The notes beneath the pieces are model-generated. The model did not search any database. It worked only from the letters and a program-made list of their open reading frames with translations, and had not been told where the DNA came from. From positions 699 through 64,698 of the forward strand of contig JBMYNT010000002.1 of NCBI GenBank assembly GCA_049598575.1: 64,000 bases of DNA, given 5' to 3'. This document shows positions 25,192-33,479 of this stretch, one piece after another (position 1 is the first letter of the stretch; each line of letters starts with the position of its first letter). The DNA is from Candidatus Poseidoniaceae archaeon (lineage in GTDB: Archaea; Thermoplasmatota; Poseidoniia; Poseidoniales; Poseidoniaceae). The position numbers were made by a program, and so were the translations under genes.

Positions 25192-26568
25192 TTAATCTTC
25201 TCTGAAGATGGCTTCACGGTCGGAGACAAGAGCTTGGTCAGGTGCTGAAGGGTAAACACCCCAGTACGCCTCACGGGCTTCTTGATTGATGTTCATGCAG
25301 AGGACGACATCACCTGGTCGATTGTCCATTTGTTGCGTTCCATTCAGATGCATCAGCATAGGTTCAATGTTGGACATATTGACAACGCCCCAACCAACTT
25401 GAGTGCATGGTGCAACCGGTGAAACGGGTGTTGTACCTGAGAATGGGTCCCATGTTGTAAACGAGGGATACCAAGCAGACAAGTTTAGTGCGTTACGAAC
25501 CTCTGAATTGCGGATGGTAAAGGATTCACCATCACTGGTCGTTCCATCAACGAGATAACCACCACGCTCAGCAGAGGCACCGGAACCAACATCATTGAAT
25601 TCTTCTCGCAATTCTTGAAGAATGAAGGACAGAATACCAGCCGTACGAGGCGTTGCGAAGGACGTTCCTGACGTTTCATGGTAGCCATCGGTATCATCGT
25701 GATTTGGCAAAACTTGCGTCCAATCTGCTGCAATATCGGGGTATGAACCACTCATGGTCTCCTTCTGATCGTCTCCTTCCTCAGCGTATCCTGCGATACC
25801 GATTGACCAAGGGGGACCTGCTGTAGCATCTTGGACTGCAGGAGAAGGCGTATTGTCGGCTGCACCGGTGTGAATCTTGTTGTTGCCAACGACTGCTTCG
25901 TAGGTTCCAGTCTCGATTCCAGGCACTGGAAGAGACCCAATCGCTCCGAAAGATGTGGAGATGATATCAACAAGTGGTTGATTTGAAGCGGCAAGAACGG
26001 CTTCTGTGGAGAAGCCCTCGACAAAGAAGATGACTGCATCGGGATTTGCGTCCAAGACCGCACCCGTAACGGCGGTTCCGTGTCCGTCTGAAGGGTCATC
26101 AAGGATATGGATGTCCGTACCTCCATCAGGCGAGGTCCCGATGATTTTGGTCCCATAAAAATACACAATATCGGAGGTCGTGATGCTGTCCCAACAATCT
26201 TCTTTGTCCGCTTGGTAGCGCTCTTCCCATGAACCTTCGAGAGTGATGTAACACGTTTTGGTTACACCGAGCGATTCAAGCAACCAGTTGGGATAGATTT
26301 CATCGGATCGAAAATGGTCGTGATAAACATTGATCCCCGTATCCACTGGTGCTACGACAGAATAATGCCTCCAATCTGTATCTGTGTTCGCCTCTCCAGT
26401 TCTCCTTTGGGTTTCATCCGCATCATCCCATGTCAATTGCCAATGCAGCCAAGACCCAGCAAGTGCAAGAAGAATAACAACGAACAACGTACGTAATTTG
26501 GCAAAGATCAGCCAGATGTCAAACGCTTCTACGCCGACATCGAAGAGGACATCAGCAGCATCGACCAT
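25192..26568 (-). CDS. S8 family serine peptidase with N-terminal membrane anchor and no obvious propeptide
   Basis: Asp in VAPVDTGIN, His in DGHGTAVTG, Ser in GTSFATPRTAG. N-terminal TM LIFAKLRTLFVVILLALAGSWL. Start taken at internal ATG M3. Convergent with the giant membrane gene, end to end. Confidence 0.85.
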   Translation of the reverse strand: MVDAADVLFDVGVEAFDIWLIFAKLRTLFVVILLALAGSWLHWQLTWDDADETQRRTGEANTDTDWRHYSVVAPVDTGINVYHDHFRSDEIYPNWLLESLGVTKTCYITLEGSWEERYQADKEDCWDSITTSDIVYFYGTKIIGTSPDGGTDIHILDDPSDGHGTAVTGAVLDANPDAVIFFVEGFSTEAVLAASNQPLVDIISTSFGAIGSLPVPGIETGTYEAVVGNNKIHTGAADNTPSPAVQDATAGPPWSIGIAGYAEEGDDQKETMSGSYPDIAADWTQVLPNHDDTDGYHETSGTSFATPRTAGILSFILQELREEFNDVGSGASAERGGYLVDGTTSDGESFTIRNSEVRNALNLSAWYPSFTTWDPFSGTTPVSPVAPCTQVGWGVVNMSNIEPMLMHLNGTQQMDNRPGDVVLCMNINQEAREAYWGVYPSAPDQALVSDREAIFRED

Positions 26569-26638
26569 GTCCAAGCCTGCAACATCACCATCAAGAAGCC
26601 TACGCCGACTTCAAGAACCGCTTTCTTATCGGGAAAAC

Positions 26639-27187
26639 ATGGACGACCCAAACAAGCGAATGGTATGGATTGACCTCGAGATGACGGGTTTAGACTTGGA
26701 ACGTGAAAGCATCATTGAAATTGCTACCATTATTACAGATTCTGAACTCAATATCATTGCCGAAGGCCCGAATCTTGCTATTTCTGTTGCTGAGGAACTC
26801 ATCGAAGGGATGGACGAATGGAATACTCGACACCACTTTGGGAGTGGACTGATCGATCGTGTGCGGAACGATTCGGTCAGTTTGGAAGAGGCAGAGCGGC
26901 AAACCCTCGAGTTCATCAAAGAACACGTACCCAAACGAACCGCACCACTCTGTGGCAATTCGGTATGGAACGACCGCCAATTCCTCGTCAAAGAGATGCC
27001 AAGTGTAGCCAAGTATTTGCATTACAGAATGGTTGATGTCTCGACCATCAAGGAACTCGCACGACGTTGGTACCCAGGGCTACCGAAATTCGAAAAGAAA
27101 GGGGCACACCTCGCTCTCGATGACATCCGCGAATCTGTGTACGAATTGGCTCACTTTCGCGAATTGATCTTCACCGGCCGTCCGTGA
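26639..27187 (+). CDS. orn: Oligoribonuclease (DEDDh 3'-5' exoribonuclease)
   Basis: The MVWIDLEMTGLD exo-I motif and overall ~180-aa Orn architecture. The track's long N-terminal extension (from 26384) overlaps the protease gene and is rejected in favour of M86. Confidence 0.85.
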   Translation: MDDPNKRMVWIDLEMTGLDLERESIIEIATIITDSELNIIAEGPNLAISVAEELIEGMDEWNTRHHFGSGLIDRVRNDSVSLEEAERQTLEFIKEHVPKRTAPLCGNSVWNDRQFLVKEMPSVAKYLHYRMVDVSTIKELARRWYPGLPKFEKKGAHLALDDIRESVYELAHFRELIFTGRP

Positions 27188-28253
27188 CAAAGCCCCTCCA
27201 TCGTCGCATGTATTCAACGAATGTTGGACTTAGGTCTGCAGAACGAAGTTCTTCTGGCGTAAATGGGGCTACCTTCGGTTTGTAGGCCATATCAGTGACC
27301 AAGGAAGCCCAATCTGGATGGGGCAATGCGACTCGAGCAACGCCGACAGCTTGAGCCCCTTGGTCAAGGACAAACTGAGCATCCGCAGCACTCCAAACCG
27401 AACCAGTCGATACAATCGGAATCGATTCGGAATAGATGGAACAAAGTTCCTTTGTGATGGTTTGATGATTGTCTTGTTTTTCAAAGACATCCCAGCACGA
27501 GATGTGGAGTGCATCGATCTTCTCCCTGATGAGCAAATCAATGACCTGCTTGGTATCCTTCATGGTGATTCCTATTTCTTCAGAAACTGGTGAAAGGCGA
27601 ACCATGATGGCAAATTCATCGCTAACAACCTCTCGAATACCACGAATGATGCGCAGAAGGAACGTACATCGCTGTTCTACATCGCCCCCAAACGTATCAC
27701 TACGTCGATTGGTGTTGGAACCAAGAAACTGAGCGATAAGGTAACCATGTGCTCCATGCAGTTCAACGCCATCAAACCCTGCTGCTTCGCAGCGTTGTGC
27801 TGCTTTAATGAAGCATGAAATGGTCTCCTCAACCTCGATTGTGGAAAGACGTCTTGAAGAGCCCTCGCTTTCGGATATGAAATTCACGCTTGCAGAGGAG
27901 GCTTGCTGACCTGTAATCGAAGAAGGTGAACGCATACCTCCATGGAAAATCTGAACAAACGATTTCGAGTCGTGTTGTTTCAACTGTGTCGCAAGTGACG
28001 TCAATCCAGGAAGGTGGTGATCACCCCACACCCCAAACTCACCTTCCCAACCTTGACCTGATTCTTGCACATGCGATGCTGCGGTTGTGATGAGCCCAAA
28101 TCCACCTTCAGCACGACGTAGCAAGAATCGCATCTCTTCATCCGAAAGCGTTCCATCAGCATGACTCTGTTTGTTGGTCATCGCTGCAAGAACGCTACGA
28201 TTCGGAATCACCAAACCGTTTCGCATCTCCCATGTCTCATCTATCGATGGCAT
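27171..28253 (-). CDS. NADH:flavin oxidoreductase, old yellow enzyme family
   Basis: OYE TIM-barrel with …HGAHGYLIAQFL… motif. ATG start is confirmed. Its 3' end overlaps the orn 3' end by 17 nt (convergent). Confidence 0.85.
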   Translation of the reverse strand: MPSIDETWEMRNGLVIPNRSVLAAMTNKQSHADGTLSDEEMRFLLRRAEGGFGLITTAASHVQESGQGWEGEFGVWGDHHLPGLTSLATQLKQHDSKSFVQIFHGGMRSPSSITGQQASSASVNFISESEGSSRRLSTIEVEETISCFIKAAQRCEAAGFDGVELHGAHGYLIAQFLGSNTNRRSDTFGGDVEQRCTFLLRIIRGIREVVSDEFAIMVRLSPVSEEIGITMKDTKQVIDLLIREKIDALHISCWDVFEKQDNHQTITKELCSIYSESIPIVSTGSVWSAADAQFVLDQGAQAVGVARVALPHPDWASLVTDMAYKPKVAPFTPEELRSADLSPTFVEYMRRWRGFVTDGR

Positions 28254-28262
28254 AGGATGGCC

Positions 28263-29129
28263 TCACTGATCTCGCCAATTTGGGGCATGAACGTCAGCAC
28301 CTTTGTGCATCGATAGAATTTCTGCGATGACAGCAATAGCAATCTCTTCAGGCGATTCAGCACCAATGTTCAATCCGATTGGACATCGCACTCGGTCAAG
28401 GGAGGATGGCTGGATTCCAACTTCGAAGCACGATTCCGTGAACGATTTCCATTTGGAACGGCTGCCAATCGCCCCAATCCGAGGGAAGTCTTTCCCATTA
28501 GGGGAAACATTCCCACCTTCTGCAAGTTGCAGCAACCGTTGAAGCCTGTCAAGGTCTTCGGAATAATCATGGCCGAGCAAAAGAACGTCCGAGAAGCGCG
28601 AGAGTGATTCTGCAGTTTCGTTGCTAAAGAATGCCTCTACGGTTGAATGAGATCGTTCGATGGCTTCTGGATAGAGTTCAGCCGTTGTGAACGATTCACG
28701 GGTGTCTTGAACGGAATAATTCCAGCCTTTTTTTGGCAACAATTTGGAGATGGCTTCCGAACAATGCCCCCCTCCCATCAACAAAATATGAGGCATCGGT
28801 AACATCAACTCCAATGAAATGGTGACTTGTCCACCACAAAGTGAGTCCAGTGCTTGCACTTCATAGCCCTTCGCCCCTTTGTTGAGGCCAAACGTGTGGA
28901 CCTCTGATGTTGCCTTTGTTTCTTGAAGCAATTCTTTGCAGCGGTTGAGAATTCGGTGTTCCAATCCAGCACCACCAACCGTTCCGATCCAATTCTGAGA
29001 CCGATTCATTGCCAAGCGGGCTCCGGATTTTCCAGGAACGCTACCTTTCGTTCCAACAACAGTAGCGAGAACAACAGGCGAATTGTGTCGCAATTGTTCC
29101 AACACCCATGCCAGAACTCTCGCCGTCAT
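28263..29129 (-). CDS. xdhC: XdhC/CoxI family molybdo-enzyme maturation factor
   Basis: XdhC_CoxI N-domain plus Rossmann-like C-domain (…LLMGGGHCSEAISKL…). Start at internal ATG M9; the track start is GTG. Confidence 0.8.
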   Translation of the reverse strand: MTARVLAWVLEQLRHNSPVVLATVVGTKGSVPGKSGARLAMNRSQNWIGTVGGAGLEHRILNRCKELLQETKATSEVHTFGLNKGAKGYEVQALDSLCGGQVTISLELMLPMPHILLMGGGHCSEAISKLLPKKGWNYSVQDTRESFTTAELYPEAIERSHSTVEAFFSNETAESLSRFSDVLLLGHDYSEDLDRLQRLLQLAEGGNVSPNGKDFPRIGAIGSRSKWKSFTESCFEVGIQPSSLDRVRCPIGLNIGAESPEEIAIAVIAEILSMHKGADVHAPNWRDQ

Positions 29130-29165
29130 AGCGATGCCTCGATGACCATACACATACGATTTGCC

Positions 29166-29747
29166 CTAAAACCAATCTTCCTTTGAAGCTGTGAGAAGAT
29201 CAACCAAATCAGCCTCAGTATCGATGTTTAGATGAAGCCAAGGGAAGTGAACAGGCATAGGCTTACGTTGAACCAAAGAGGAGAGAGGTGCATCACCTTC
29301 AGCCAAATAGACAGCCTTGACATCGTCTCCAACCATCAGCAATGGGTGGCCTCCACGATTGTTCCAAACAGGACATGTGGTCGTTTCTGATTCCAAGAGA
29401 TTGTTGACTAATTCAACACTCCAGCCAGGTCGATCTACGGGGACCAAAAGCACCTTTTTGGGCAAACGACCATTTCGTTCAAGAATGCTCGCAAGCCCAC
29501 ATTGGATGGATCCAGTCCGACCTTTTTCTGGGTCAGTGTTAAGCACGACATGAGCCGATGGGCAAAGCAGCATGATGTCCGCAAGTAGGTCGGTGTTCGT
29601 GACGACCGTCACCTCTGGATGCAATTGATGCAACCTGCTGATGAGTCGTTGAATCAACGGCTGACCATCAACATCCACAAGGGCTTTTGGCTGGCCAAGT
29701 CGAGAAGAGCGACCTGCTGCCAAGAGAATCACGTCAATTCCTCCCAT
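29166..29747 (-). CDS. mocA: MobA-like NTP transferase, probably molybdenum cofactor cytidylyltransferase
   Basis: MGGIDVILLAAGRSSRLGQPKAL N-terminus typical of MobA/MocA. Start moved to M41 to remove an N-terminal extension with no homology. Confidence 0.75.
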   Translation of the reverse strand: MGGIDVILLAAGRSSRLGQPKALVDVDGQPLIQRLISRLHQLHPEVTVVTNTDLLADIMLLCPSAHVVLNTDPEKGRTGSIQCGLASILERNGRLPKKVLLVPVDRPGWSVELVNNLLESETTTCPVWNNRGGHPLLMVGDDVKAVYLAEGDAPLSSLVQRKPMPVHFPWLHLNIDTEADLVDLLTASKEDWF

Positions 29748-29813
29748 GCTGCAACCATGGATGGAACGGTGTTGAGAATTTCGGTTCATATACGGTGGAA
29801 TTGAGAAACGAAT

Positions 29814-30476
29814 GTGTCGTTGGAATGTGAACTGAATCCGCATGAGAAATCCATGCAGTTTCTTCAAGAGGTTTGCAACATCGATGGAATCGAATTGATT
29901 GATTCAACCTCAATTTACAAGATTGTTGTGCGAGTTCGTGGCCGTTCAGGAAGGCACTATGAAGTTGAAGCTTCTCGTCCAATTGGGCTGTTCATGCAGA
30001 CCCCTTGGACAACTGAGGTGACAGGTGCTGCTCGGAAAAGAGATTTTGATTCCGAAAAAGCACGAGCCTATACAGCCAAATTATGCCTCAATATTCATGA
30101 AAACAAAGAGCATCTGCCCGTTGGGGATCGTCTTGCATCCCTTGCTCTAAGCTTACATAACGACGTCAAGTTGGCCATGGAAATACCACTTGTCGCGCAA
30201 TTCATTGTTTGCCCACGTGAAGAATTGTACCACGTCTTCACCTTCCAAGAAGAAATGGTGGTCACACAGGAAATGGTTGATGATAGCGCTCTGTATTTTG
30301 GTGGTAATCCTCAACATGCACTGGACTACATGGAAGAAGAACGTGAGATTGAACTGATCGATTTCCTTCCAGGCTTTTGGGACGTTGATGGTGATGAAGA
30401 ATCATTTGATTTGGATTCCATTCAAACACACTGGTTACAGGACGTATCTGACGATATCATGCAGCGGTTTGATTGA
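29814..30476 (+). CDS. Hypothetical acidic protein, no recognisable domain
   Basis: 220-aa ORF with haloarchaeal acidic composition. Divergent from mocA and convergent with the acyl-CoA dehydrogenase gene. Confidence 0.4.
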   Translation: MSLECELNPHEKSMQFLQEVCNIDGIELIDSTSIYKIVVRVRGRSGRHYEVEASRPIGLFMQTPWTTEVTGAARKRDFDSEKARAYTAKLCLNIHENKEHLPVGDRLASLALSLHNDVKLAMEIPLVAQFIVCPREELYHVFTFQEEMVVTQEMVDDSALYFGGNPQHALDYMEEEREIELIDFLPGFWDVDGDEESFDLDSIQTHWLQDVSDDIMQRFD

Positions 30477-30487
30477 ATCCGCTCGAT

Positions 30488-31636
30488 TCAAAGATTCTTG
30501 GTAATTTCTCGACCGATGATCATTCGCTGGACTTGACTGCTTCCTTCATAGATTTGCATGACCTTTGCGCCACGCATGAGTCGAGCAACAGGGTATTCCT
30601 CAGAGTATCCATAGCCTCCGTAGATTTGTACTGCATCGGTTGAAACTTGCATGGCCGTATCTGCTGCGAAGCGCTTAGCATGGGCCGCAGATTCTGTGTT
30701 CTTGATGCCAGCGTCTGCGTCTGCGGCGGACTTCCAGGTAAGCATTCGGCTCGCCTCGATGCTCGTTTTCATATCCGCAAGCATGAATTGGATGGCTTGA
30801 TGCTTGTGCAATGGCTTTCCGAATGTTTGGCGCTCGTTGCTGTATTGAAGTGCGTGTTCGTATGCTGCACGCGAAAGCCCGGTCGCATGTGCTGCAATGT
30901 TTGGACGGCTCAAGTCAAAGGCATTCATGGCATTCATCCATCCACCTGATTCGCTTTCACCAACCAATTGATTGGCAGGTACGCGGACGTTGGTGAACGT
31001 GATGCTACGTGTATCGCTGCAACGTTGACCCATGTTGGTCTCCTTTTTGCCAAGAGAGAGGCCCTCTGCATTTGCTTCGACAATAAATCCAGACATTCCT
31101 CGGTAACCTGCATCAGGATCTGTTTTCGCCAGTACGAAGAAGAAATCGGCATATCCTGCACCAGTAATCCACATTTTGGAACCATTGATGACGTACTCAT
31201 CACCATCTCGAACCGCTGTGGTTTGAATAGCGGCAACATCCGAACCAGCGCCAGGCTCAGTGACTGCATAGGATGCTAGGGCTCCTTCTTCAGCGACTTT
31301 TCGCAACCAGACGTTCTTCTGTTCCTCGGTTGCACCTGTAATGATTGGAGCGCATGCCAGTGCCGTTGCATATGCAGCAGTGGCGAAACCTGGATCGCCC
31401 CAAGCGAGTTCTTCGTTGACAAGGACTTCTTCCATGCAGCCTAGGCCTGGTCCACCGTACGCCTCAGGAATGTGGAGATTCAGCAAACCCATCTCATGAG
31501 CGAGTTGAATGGTTTCCTTTGGATACACGGATTCTTCATCCCAATGTTCGGCATGAGGGCGTATCTCGTCACGTGCAAACTCTCGAGCAAGTTCACGGAG
31601 CATCTCCTGCATTTCGTCCAATTGGAAGTCGACCAT
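30488..31636 (-). CDS. Acyl-CoA dehydrogenase
   Basis: 382 aa with the three-domain ACAD architecture (…YGGYGYSEEYPVARLMRGAKVMQIYEGSSQVQR…). Confidence 0.9.
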   Translation of the reverse strand: MVDFQLDEMQEMLRELAREFARDEIRPHAEHWDEESVYPKETIQLAHEMGLLNLHIPEAYGGPGLGCMEEVLVNEELAWGDPGFATAAYATALACAPIITGATEEQKNVWLRKVAEEGALASYAVTEPGAGSDVAAIQTTAVRDGDEYVINGSKMWITGAGYADFFFVLAKTDPDAGYRGMSGFIVEANAEGLSLGKKETNMGQRCSDTRSITFTNVRVPANQLVGESESGGWMNAMNAFDLSRPNIAAHATGLSRAAYEHALQYSNERQTFGKPLHKHQAIQFMLADMKTSIEASRMLTWKSAADADAGIKNTESAAHAKRFAADTAMQVSTDAVQIYGGYGYSEEYPVARLMRGAKVMQIYEGSSQVQRMIIGREITKNL

Positions 31637-31683
31637 GACGCTCCCAGTGGAAGGTCGGACATAAGTCTTGATTTTGGTTCAAC

Positions 31684-32787
31684 TCACCGATTGAGTTGTA
31701 AAACGACCAAGAAAATGAGATAAAACAGGACCAAACAGGTTCCTTCCCAACGCTCGAAGCGATAGGTTCGTCGCATAAAGAACAGAGCGAGAAGGACTCC
31801 AAGGACGGTAGCTGGTGCGATGATGTCCATGGTTAGCCCGTTGTCTTCAGGTGAGAGAGATAGAGGATGAATCATGGAAGCGATTCCCACGGACAACAGA
31901 GGGTCGGTGATGTTGGACCCAATGAGAGTCCCAATCGCTACACCTTTGCTGCGTTTTGCTGCCATCAATGCGATGGTGAGTTCCGGCAAGGAGGTCCCAA
32001 TTCCAGAGACAGTTGTACCAACTACGGAGTGTGGTACGTTCAACTTCAATGCAAGATCGTAGGCTTGCTCAACCAAGATGTTTGCAGCATAGACCGCAAA
32101 AGCAAGACCAAGGAAGATCATAATCAGATATGCAGCTGAACTCCAGTTTGATCCTCGAACTTCGTATTCACCGGATTCTTCAACCTCTTCTTGTCGTATT
32201 GCTTCGCGTTTCATCAACAACCAGACGATGTAGGCAACGTAGAGGGACGCAAGAATCGCTCCTTCCCATCGTGCAAGCTCGTTATTCGTCCAAACAAAGA
32301 ACAGAAGAAGAACCACAGCGAGAAGCATGATGACTCCATCACGGTTCAACCATGATGGACGAACTTTGACCGATCTCGTCATCACAACGATACCAAGGAT
32401 CAGTGTGATCTGGACGAGGACAGATCCGAGGATACTACCAATGGCAAAGTCTGCTGCTCCTTGTTTTCCTTGACTCGCTTCGTAGGCTGCGCTACCAGAA
32501 ACCAAAATCTCTGGAAGCGATGTACCAATCGATACGATGGTTAAACCAATCACGATTTCTGCAATTCCTGCACGTCGAGCAAGCCCCTTCGCACCCTCGA
32601 TGAAGAAGTCCGCACTCGTAATGAGTAGTCCAAGTGAAAGAAGCAAAATGATGCTGACAACGAACATCGAATTCGATTGCCCAAGATACTTCATCAAGAC
32701 AATCGCAAAAAAAAGCGCTCCAGTGATGAGCATGGCATTGAAGTGGATGAGTTGGGGAATTCCCATCAACTCATCCTTCTGCTCCAT
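31684..32787 (-). CDS. Ca2+/cation antiporter, CaCA family (YrbG-like)
   Basis: Two alpha-repeat regions with GTSLPE motifs (GTSLPEILVS…GTSLPELTIA). Start at internal ATG M38. Confidence 0.85.
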   Translation of the reverse strand: MEQKDELMGIPQLIHFNAMLITGALFFAIVLMKYLGQSNSMFVVSIILLLSLGLLITSADFFIEGAKGLARRAGIAEIVIGLTIVSIGTSLPEILVSGSAAYEASQGKQGAADFAIGSILGSVLVQITLILGIVVMTRSVKVRPSWLNRDGVIMLLAVVLLLFFVWTNNELARWEGAILASLYVAYIVWLLMKREAIRQEEVEESGEYEVRGSNWSSAAYLIMIFLGLAFAVYAANILVEQAYDLALKLNVPHSVVGTTVSGIGTSLPELTIALMAAKRSKGVAIGTLIGSNITDPLLSVGIASMIHPLSLSPEDNGLTMDIIAPATVLGVLLALFFMRRTYRFERWEGTCLVLFYLIFLVVLQLNR

Positions 32788-32840
32788 AAACTCCCCATGA
32801 GTTATGGGTTTTGATGCTTCTGTACTTCTACGGAGGTAAG

Positions 32841-33479
32841 ATGATGTTCTCTGTTCAATTCGTCGATACGATGTGGAAGCGTGGCGGCATCGAAGCAACA
32901 GGGACCTTCACCATGGTCTTTGTTGGATGTGGAAGCGTTGCAATGGAGCGTTCACCGCTCGAAATTTCACTTGCGTTTGGAGCCGTTGTAGCTCTTGTCA
33001 TCGTTGGGATTGGTCGCTGGAGTGGTGCACATATCAATCCAGCCGTTTCAATCGCCTTCTGGTACAGAGGCAATCTTTCGACAAGCGATACGATAGCGCA
33101 TGTTCTCGGCCAATTGGTCGGTGCATTGTTTGCTGGTTTACTCCTGAACGGTGCAGGACCAACCGTGCGGAACACCACATGGGTCAATCTCATTGGAATT
33201 GAGATTCTGATCACATTCTTGTTGATGGCTTCCATTCTCTGGATTATTCGAAGAACACAAAAATGGGTTCTCATCGCTCTTGTGGTAGGTTCAACCGTTG
33301 CAATCCTTGCCTATGTTTTTGGCAAATACACGGGAGCGAGCATGAATCCAGCACGAACGTTTGGGCCAAATCTCGTTTCAGGTGACGGATTGATCATCCC
33401 GATTTACTTCATTTGCACAATTGCTGGAGCGCTTCTCGCCGTAGTCTTTGAGCGAATTATTGCATCAACTTCTGAATGA
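32841..33479 (+). CDS. MIP-family channel (aquaporin / glycerol facilitator-like)
   Basis: Two NPA boxes (HINPAVS, SMNPART) and six TM helices. The track start is a TTG; ATG alternatives lie at 32814, 32841 and 32844. Confidence 0.9.
   Translation: MMFSVQFVDTMWKRGGIEATGTFTMVFVGCGSVAMERSPLEISLAFGAVVALVIVGIGRWSGAHINPAVSIAFWYRGNLSTSDTIAHVLGQLVGALFAGLLLNGAGPTVRNTTWVNLIGIEILITFLLMASILWIIRRTQKWVLIALVVGSTVAILAYVFGKYTGASMNPARTFGPNLVSGDGLIIPIYFICTIAGALLAVVFERIIASTSE

Noticed and set aside
26384-26638. Long N-terminal extension of the oligoribonuclease ORF (track start 26384)
   Set aside because: It overlaps the convergent-divergent S8 protease gene (to 26568) by about 190 nt and is low complexity with no homology. 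The internal ATG at 26639 yields a canonical ~180-aa Orn.
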